Shown piece after piece: positions 56,483 through 64,000 of a stretch of DNA of 64,000 nucleotides. The position numbers and the translations under genes were made by a program. Origin of the DNA: a virus. The stretch spans positions 1 to 64,000 of the IMG/VR virus record IMGVR_UViG_3300046665_000589; one strand, given 5' to 3'. The notes below the pieces were generated by a model. That model worked only from the letters and a program-made list of their open reading frames with translations, was not told where the DNA came from and did not search any database. The first letter of the stretch is position 1. Each line of letters begins with the position of its first letter.

Positions 56483-59400
56483 CCCCGATGACCCAGGAAG
56501 AGTACATACGCGACCCCAACCAGTGCCCGCATTGCCACTCGCGCGACATCGAGGGCCGGTCGGGCCTCGACGCCGAGGCCGGCACGGCCTGGCAGGACAT
56601 CGGCTGCCGCGACTGCGGCGAGAAGTGGCAGGACGAGTACAAGCTCGTCGGTTATGTGGACCTCGAATAAGGAGAACAACCATGCCCACTTTCGACATCA
56701 AGATCCCCGGCGGCGCCACCGTGGCCGTCGAGGGCCAGCCGTTCCGCGCCAACGTCAAGAACGCCCGCTTCGAGTTCTTCGTGCACCAGGCGCACGACAA
56801 CCTGCTGCAGTGGTGCGTCTCGCACAGGAGTGGCGTGCTGATCACCACGGTCTCGCAGCAGCGCCTGCGCCTGAACCGCGGCGACCCGTTCGAAGCCGGC
56901 AAGGAGGCGCTCAACGAGTTCGTCGCCACCACCAACCAGGACGCGCTGGTCCAGGCACTGGCGCAGCTGGAAGACACCCTGAAACGGAGCCGGGCGTGAA
57001 CGCCGCCTACCGCATCACCGACGACATGCTGGTCGACGCCACGAAGATCGACGACGTCAACGAGGCGCTGCGCAGCGTGATGGACCAGGTCGGCATCGAC
57101 GAGGGCGGCGTGGCCGGCCGCGTGTTTTGCGGCGAGTTCGAAGAGGACTGGCCGACGGCGGACGCGCACTACCGGCTTGCGATGCTGCGCGAATGGCACG
57201 ACGTCGAGAAGGTGCACAACCTGCCCTACCCACTGAATAAGGAACCATCATGATCATCTCCTTCCCCAACGACGGTCGCGGCCTGATCTACCACATCGTC
57301 GACCTGCACGGCCAGACCGTGCACGCCTACCGCGACTTCGACGCCGCATGGTGTGCGCGCGAGGACGACCAACGTCTCTGCATCTACGACGAAGGCTGGA
57401 AGCGATGGCTGACCGACCCGCCGGCGCCGGACCGCGATATCGCGGAGACCGAGAAGCTGCTCCGCTGGCTGGGCAACAGCTACTACGGCGTCTACAAGAT
57501 CGACGGCGGACAACTTGATCCGGCCGCGAAGTTCGCTGTGGCCGACACGCAGGACGACGAGGAGGGCTTCTACCTCGAAGGGCCTGACCTGCTCCAGCTG
57601 TGCCGTGATGCTGTCAGCCATCTGGAGATCGCATGAACCGCGAACAAGCCCTCCCCTACGTCGCCTACGCCGTCGACGACGCGCTGTCCGAGCGCCGCGT
57701 CGACGAGATGCCGGCCAATGCCCGCCTGGTCGGCTGGCAGTGCGGCGCCGAGCCGCTGTTCGTCGCCGTCTGGAGCTACCTGGGCGGCCGACTGGACGAC
57801 GACGAGGCGACTGACCTTGCGATCGACCTACTGCTTGAGAAGAACTGGTTCGCCGCCCGCCAGTTCACTGAACCCGATTACATCCTCTGAAAGGAACCCA
57901 CCATGAACACCCCCGAAAAACTGGTGCTGCTGCACACCACCCTCGCCTTCGCCATGCCGGCCGACGCTGGCCTTGACGAAGTCTTCGACAGTGCCAACAT
58001 GGCCCTGGTACCGCTGCAGCGCTGCGAAGGCGGCACCAACCTGATCGACTACGCGTTTGACGGCGAGCCGGTCGTCTCGCCGACGCCGGTCGAAGCCTGG
58101 ACGCTCGCTACCGGCTTCACCGCCCCGGCGCCGCGCTACGAGGTACTGACTGCGATCGGCAACGGTTGGGAGAGCGTCTGGACCCAAGACGACAAGCCGC
58201 AGACCTTCGCCTCGCCGTGCGAGGCGCTGGCCGGCCTGCTGGGGCACATCGCCGGCCTGATTGAATCCAGCATGGACTTCAATCCGTGCGACTTCAAGAT
58301 CGAGCCGGTCGGAGGTGCAGCATGAGCTTCTTCAACCCGAAAGACCCGGCCCGCGCCCTCGCTTTGTTGCTGAGCCTGATGGCGCGCCGGCCGGCACCAC
58401 CGCCACCGCCTACGCCCGCACAGCTGGCCCGGCGCGAGCGTGCCGACGCCATCGCCGCCCACAACGCCGCCGTCGACGCCAAGCGTCGCGAGAAGCAGGC
58501 CGCCAAGCGCGCCAGGAAGGGTCGCTGATGGAAGATGAGATCCTCCCCGGCGACAAGATCGTCTTCATGAGCGGTTCCGAGCCGACGTCACGCGAGGTAC
58601 TCGATGCGATGCTTGCGGCGAACTACCAGGTCGTGACGGTGCGCCCCGGCGTCCACGGCCGGACGCAAGGTGCCCTCGCACCGTACAAACCCACTAACCC
58701 CGAGCGCGACGCGTGGAACGCCGCCGTCGACGCCAAGAAGGCTGAAAAGAAAGCCAAGAAAGGACTGAAATGACACCAAACCAGCTGATCCTGCTGCTGC
58801 AGATTTACCGCGGCACGGAAGACCGCGAGACGGACATCGGCTCGTACCCGAACGACCTGAAGTACCTCATCCACCAGGGCTACGTGCAAACGAACCGTGA
58901 CCGGCAGTATGTCACGCCGCTGGCCAACATCTGGATTCGCGACCACGTTCTGAAGGAGCCACAATGACCATCCAAATTCTCGACGCCCTGCGCGCCGCCG
59001 TCGACGCCAAGGCCGCCTACTGGGACCGCATGCACGAACTCGAGGCCGCCCTCGGCTGCGAGGACCCGCCCGACAGGGTCAACAACCACCTGGTCGACTA
59101 CGTCGACGGTCTGGCCTTCAACGTGGATGTGCCGGGCGACGTTGAGTGGATCGACGGCGTCATGGCGGACGAGATGGAAGCCAAGGTGCGCGAACTGCAG
59201 GCCAGGGAGGGCAATCATGGATGACACCATCGCCGTCGACCGCGCCGCGTTACGCCAGGTGCTGGAAGCTCTGACCGGCCCGGGCTACTACATTCGCGAG
59301 CTGCAGGTCACCATGAGCCTGCCCGACAACCCGATCGCCAAGCTGGTCGAGCAGTTCAATGCGGTCATCGAACAGGAGGCAGGCAATGCTGATTAAACTT

Positions 59401-60116
59401 TCCGACGGCTGCGCCGTGGCGGCCGACCACATCGCCGAGGTGAGCGTTAAGGAGCACGACAGAGGTGTCACCGTGCGCATGAAGGACGGCATCGGCCATC
59501 ACCTGGACAACGATTACCGCAAGAGCAGCTGGGCCACGCAGGCCCGGCTGGTCAAGGAGATCAACGAGGTGCTGGAGGGCAAGCCCACATGATGTCCGAA
59601 GCTCGCTTCAGCCAGATCATCTCCGGCCAGACCGCGATTGCACAGAAGGTCTACGAGCACGTGCCGCTGCAGGAGCACTGGAGCGTCAAGGAAGTCTACG
59701 CCGCGGCGTCCAAGTCTGGCATGGTGATTGACGCGGGTGTGCTGCACGGCTGCCTGCGCGCCCTGACCGACTGCGGCCTGCTGCGTGAGAACCGGCTTGG
59801 CTTTAAGCGCGAAGGTGTGCGCAAAAAGGTCGAGCTGTCCAACCTCAAAGAGGCCATCCAGGCCCAACCCCAAACTCAAGAGACAAAACCCATGCCTAAA
59901 CCGCAAGACACCGGGGCCAGCGCCGTCGACACGCTCGGCAATCTCGCCCAGCGCCTCGCCGCGCTGGCGCAACGTCACCAGCAGGAAATGAAGGAGCTGG
60001 CCGACCTGGTCAGCGACGCCGCGATCGAGGTGCAGGCTCAGTTCGAGCGCCACGAGGCGGACGTGGCTGACTTGGGCAAGCTGCGCCAGCTGAAGGACCT
60101 GTTGAAGACCATCTAA
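56479..60116 (+). other. array of hypothetical CDS (56479-56670, 56682-56999, 56996-57253, 57250-57636, 57633-57890, 57903-58325, 58322-58528, 58528-58773, 58770-58967, 58964-59224, 59217-59396, 59386-59592, 59589-60116)
   Basis: Head-to-tail ORFs; 56479 has two CxxC. Confidence 0.75.
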
Positions 60117-60126
60117 AGGAATTCGA

Positions 60127-61287
60127 ATGAAAACCCGCACCCACTCCTACACTACCTACGTTATTCCCGGCACCGAGATCGAGGTTGAGCTGCCGGTCCA
60201 GCCCTCACCGATCATGGACTACCACGAGACGTTGGTCAAAATCACCGACGACACGATCGTGCTCGGCTACCTGGCGCACGACGGCGACTGCGCCAACCCG
60301 CTGGACGACGACGGTGAGGGCCACATCTACGAGGCACGGCGCCATGGCAACACGCTGGGCAAATACTGCGATGCGCTCGGCCTGCGCCACGACGGCGGCG
60401 GGCCGGACCTGGGCCTGGTCGACGAGGAGGCGGCGGTCGAAGAAGCCGTGCGCCGGATCCTTGCCGATCCAGGGGAGACGGCCAAGGCGCTGGAGCACTG
60501 CCGTAACTACTGGGAGCAGCCGGACGGCCGCGGTGACGACCGCTTCATCGAAGACTGCCTCGATTCCCTCAACGAGCTGAATCCGGTTTTCGACGTCGAC
60601 GCCCTGCTGCGTGAGATGTGGCAGGAAGGCCGCAAGAACGGCACGATCGGCAATCGCTATGCCATCATGCTCGACGTCTACGAGCACAGCGGCATCACCT
60701 TCAGACTGTCCGGCCAGGGCATGCAGTGTCAGTTCGACACGGCGCGCGGCGGCGCGGTGTGGGTGCCGGACAAGTACGCCGAGGATGAGATCAAGCGCCG
60801 TGGCGAGGTGTACCGGAAGGGCGATATCTTCCATGAGGGCCGTGCCGACTTCAACGTGCGTACCCTCAGTCCTGACACGCTCGTCTACGACGACGTCGTG
60901 CATCCGACGTTCGGGCACTGGCACCAGGCCTGCGCATACCTCGAGGGCCTGGCGGCGACAAACCTGCGGGACCTTGCCACCGCCGAGCACATCGCCGCCC
61001 GCGAGCTGGCCAAGGATGCCGCCGAGCAGTACACCGACTGGTGCAACGGCAACTGCTTCGGCGTGGTCGTGGTCACCTACGACAAAGAAGGCAACGAGAT
61101 CGAACACGACAGCTGCTGGGGCTTCGTCGGCGACGACTATGCCTACGAGTCGCTGAAGAACGACTACTTTCCGAAGGAAGACCCAGAGTGCGCGAAAGGC
61201 CTGCACTCCTGGATCGGCGAGACCGGCAAGCTGCCGCCCGACACGCGCTGCACCCGCTGCGGCGAGCCCTACGGCAATCCTGATTGA
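60127..61287 (+). CDS. acidic hypothetical protein (386 aa)
   Basis: RBS AAGGA; LDVYEHSGI and DSCWGF motifs; C-terminal Cys/His tail. Confidence 0.8.
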   Translation: MKTRTHSYTTYVIPGTEIEVELPVQPSPIMDYHETLVKITDDTIVLGYLAHDGDCANPLDDDGEGHIYEARRHGNTLGKYCDALGLRHDGGGPDLGLVDEEAAVEEAVRRILADPGETAKALEHCRNYWEQPDGRGDDRFIEDCLDSLNELNPVFDVDALLREMWQEGRKNGTIGNRYAIMLDVYEHSGITFRLSGQGMQCQFDTARGGAVWVPDKYAEDEIKRRGEVYRKGDIFHEGRADFNVRTLSPDTLVYDDVVHPTFGHWHQACAYLEGLAATNLRDLATAEHIAARELAKDAAEQYTDWCNGNCFGVVVVTYDKEGNEIEHDSCWGFVGDDYAYESLKNDYFPKEDPECAKGLHSWIGETGKLPPDTRCTRCGEPYGNPD

Positions 61288-61296
61288 AGGACTGAC

Positions 61297-63300
61297 ATGA
61301 TCCCACCCAATCTGCAGCACTACGAGGTTGGCGCCTACCTGCAGGCTGTCGGGCTGGTGATGCGCCGATACGACCTGTGCGCTGACGCCGCAGTCCAGCA
61401 GCCGACTGTCGACCTGGTGCCGGCAATGTCTGATACCGGCATCGACGCCAAGCGCGCCGAGGAGATCGCCACCAGCCTGACACTGGCCGAGGCGATCGAG
61501 TTCATCGAACCCCGCTTCACGGAGGTCTGACATGGCCTACGTCCGCAAGACCCGCGACGAGTACGAAATCGAGCAGAAGACCTGCCAGGGCTGGGAGGTC
61601 GTCTGCAGCGAAGACGACCCGGCCGAGGCGCGCCAGCGCCGCAAGGAGTACCGCGAGAACCAGCCCGAGTACCCGGTGCGCATCAAGAAGCGCCGGGTGA
61701 AAATCAACCAGCAAGGAGCCTGACATGCAACGTCTGACCCAAGAAGAAGCCCGCGCCCAGGGCTACACCATCGACACCACTATCTACCCGCACGTCGCCT
61801 ATAAGGGACCGCGCTTCGCGCCAACCGTGTACTGCAACTGTTACACGGACCTCGAGGCCGACCTGCTCGCCCTGCGTGACGCGGTCGAGAAGCTGATCAA
61901 GGCCAAGGGCCGCTTCCACACCGAGCAAAACTACGCCGCGCTGGTTGCCGCCTTCGACAAGGTGAAGCCATGAACGACATCTGGGCACCCAAGATGCACG
62001 CAGGTTTCGCCTGCACCAAGATCCCGTACAAGGGCTACGAGATCAGCATCGCGATGAACGACAGCTGCGGCGCGTTCGACTACTACGGACGCGCCAACAT
62101 CGCGGTGTACCAGGGCGACGACAACGTCGCCGTCACCCTGTTCGGTGCCGATCCTGAGCGCGGCACGCTGCCGGCCGACGCCGAAACCCTGAAGGCAATC
62201 TTCCACAAAATCGACATGCTGGAGAAACCATGAACGACCCCTACAATCCCTACACCATTTCCCTCGATGACGGCAAGTATACCGTCATCAACGACAACGG
62301 CCTGCTGACCCTGCGCCGGCACGGTGAGGACTGGCCGGGCGGCGATAAGCTGCGCTACAGCAAGCTCGTGCTCGCGATGGCTCAGCGCATCGAGGAGCTC
62401 GAGATCGCGATCAAGTCCGTGATCGACGGCACGTTGGATAGCCGCGGTCAGCGCGAGGCGGACGGCCTCCGTTCGTACGGCACGCAGTCGCTGGACATCC
62501 CGCTGCGTTGCTGGGAGAGCCAGCTGCGCAAAGTGCTGGAGCAGAAGCCATGACCACCAAAATCCCCAAGGCCGTGCTGCGCCGCGCCGTCGAGGCGCTG
62601 CGCCACAGCGCCCGCGCCTATGCCGGCCTGAGCCAGGCGCCGTATCTCTTCACCGCCGAAGAGACCCAGGAATGGGCAGACGCCAACACCATCGCCCGCG
62701 CGCTGCGCGCTGCCGGCGACACCGACATCGAAGTGGAGGAGCCATGACCTACAAAGAAGGAGACCAGCTGACCGTCTGGGAAGTCAAGCACACCCGCACC
62801 GACTGCCAGATCGTGCAGGTGACCGGCAAGGTCGGCCTGGTCGACGCGCAGCTGCAGCGCCTCGAAGTGCACGTGCCGCGCCGGCGCCGACAGCTGTTCG
62901 TCAGTCTGTCGGCGGACCGGCCCAAGCACCACTGCGCCAACGCGTTCCTGTCGTTCGGTGGAGCCAAGCAGGAAGCCTTGCGCCTGCTGGCCTGCTCCGA
63001 GCACAACCTCAAGGACGACCTGCGTCAGATCGCCGAGGCGCGCAAGATCATCGAGAACCTGAAAGGACCAGCATGAACCAATCCTACGAATTCAGCCTCT
63101 GGCTGCGCGTGCTTGACCCCGAGAAGCTGCTGGCCGCCGCGCTGGCCCACCCGGACGCCGCAGGCGACACGCGCGACGACTACCTCGACGAGGGCGGTGA
63201 GATCGACACCAACGCGTGCCTGGTCATGCTGCTCGATCCTGGCACCCTGCCGGGCTGCGAGATTCTCGACTCCGGCGCGCACTTTGGAGGCGAGGCATGA
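61297..63300 (+). other. array of small hypothetical CDS (61297-61530, 61532-61723, 61725-61973, 61970-62233, 62230-62553, 62550-62747, 62744-63076, 63073-63300)
   Basis: Head-to-tail ORFs with RBSs. Confidence 0.75.
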
Positions 63301-63881
63301 CCATCATCAGCATGCGCCGCGCCGGCTTCCTCGACCGCAAGGAGAAGTTCGAGGCGTGGTTGACGGAAGCCGGCGCCGAGGTGCTGACCTGCACCAACGA
63401 GTGGGAGCTGTGCCGCTTCCGCTGCGGCAGCGGCACCTCGATCGTGTACACCAACAAGCGCCACGAGCTTACCTACGTGGGCCAAGCGAGTACCGCGTTC
63501 GCCAGCTTCCTCGGCGCCAAGCGCTGGCGCGCCGCGCCGCGCACCAACCGCACCACCAAGTCCAACCCGACCTGCGCCACCTTGCGCCAGCGCGACGGCG
63601 ACAACTGCTTCTACTGCCACCTGCCAGTGGCCGTCGAGGACGAGTCGGTCGAGCACTTGGTGGCGCTGACGCACGGCGGCCCGGATCACATCGCCAACAT
63701 GGCGCTGGCCCACAAGTTGTGCAACCGCGAGGCCGGGCACCTGGCACTGATGGAGAAGATCCGCTTCCGCGAGATATGCTGGCGGCGCCTGCATACGTCC
63801 GGCACCGTCGCCAGCTTGGTGCTGCCTGGCGTTGGCGAATTCGAAACCACCGATAACAGCCCACCCTGGGAGACCACATGA
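63297..63881 (+). CDS. HNH endonuclease
   Basis: RDGDNCFYC, SVEHLVALTHGG, NMALAHKLCN. Confidence 0.85.
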   Translation: MTIISMRRAGFLDRKEKFEAWLTEAGAEVLTCTNEWELCRFRCGSGTSIVYTNKRHELTYVGQASTAFASFLGAKRWRAAPRTNRTTKSNPTCATLRQRDGDNCFYCHLPVAVEDESVEHLVALTHGGPDHIANMALAHKLCNREAGHLALMEKIRFREICWRRLHTSGTVASLVLPGVGEFETTDNSPPWETT

Positions 63882-64000
63882 AAGGCTACCGCTTTTACGC
63901 CGAGATGCCGGGCATACGCAGCAGCAAGTCGGCCAGCAAACATTGGTCGGCCTTCACCCGCGAACTGCTGCAGCAGCAAGCCGCCCGCGGCTGGCACAAC
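63878..64000 (+). CDS. hypothetical protein, partial
   Basis: ATGA overlap, MKGYRFYAE; runs off window. Confidence 0.6.
   Translation, partial: MKGYRFYAEMPGIRSSKSASKHWSAFTRELLQQQAARGWHN

Overview
The whole window is part of a high-GC tailed phage genome, most likely a siphovirus of a Gram-negative host, judging by the two-component spanins, GH19 endolysin and long tape measure. No bacterial flanks or integrase are visible. It has three blocks. (1) 1-9144 (+): replication/recombination genes (PolA C-terminal part, ATP-dependent ligase, ThyA, RecU-like resolvase, SbcD/SbcC, Xis-like protein). (2) 9184-40462 (-): late genes (HTH protein, terminase, portal, S49 protease with nested scaffold, capsid, neck, tail tube, frameshifted chaperone, tape measure, tail tip/fibres, lysis cassette, intein-containing phosphoesterase), plus an antisense GIY-YIG endonuclease. 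(3) 41142-64000 (+): a dense array of small, mostly unknown early-type genes. The most notable signals are non-coding. These are a complete type II hammerhead ribozyme (43432-43486) and a ~720-nt ORF-free, hairpin-rich segment that may be a large ncRNA (41838-42560). There are also ten copies of a sigma54-like TGGCA-N7-TGC box in both orientations at late-gene starts and in the divergent control region, and a 350-bp array of 10-bp-phased TTGACAG/TGACWGTCA repeats beside an AT-rich tract (46385-46735). All calls come from reading motifs by eye; no searches were run.
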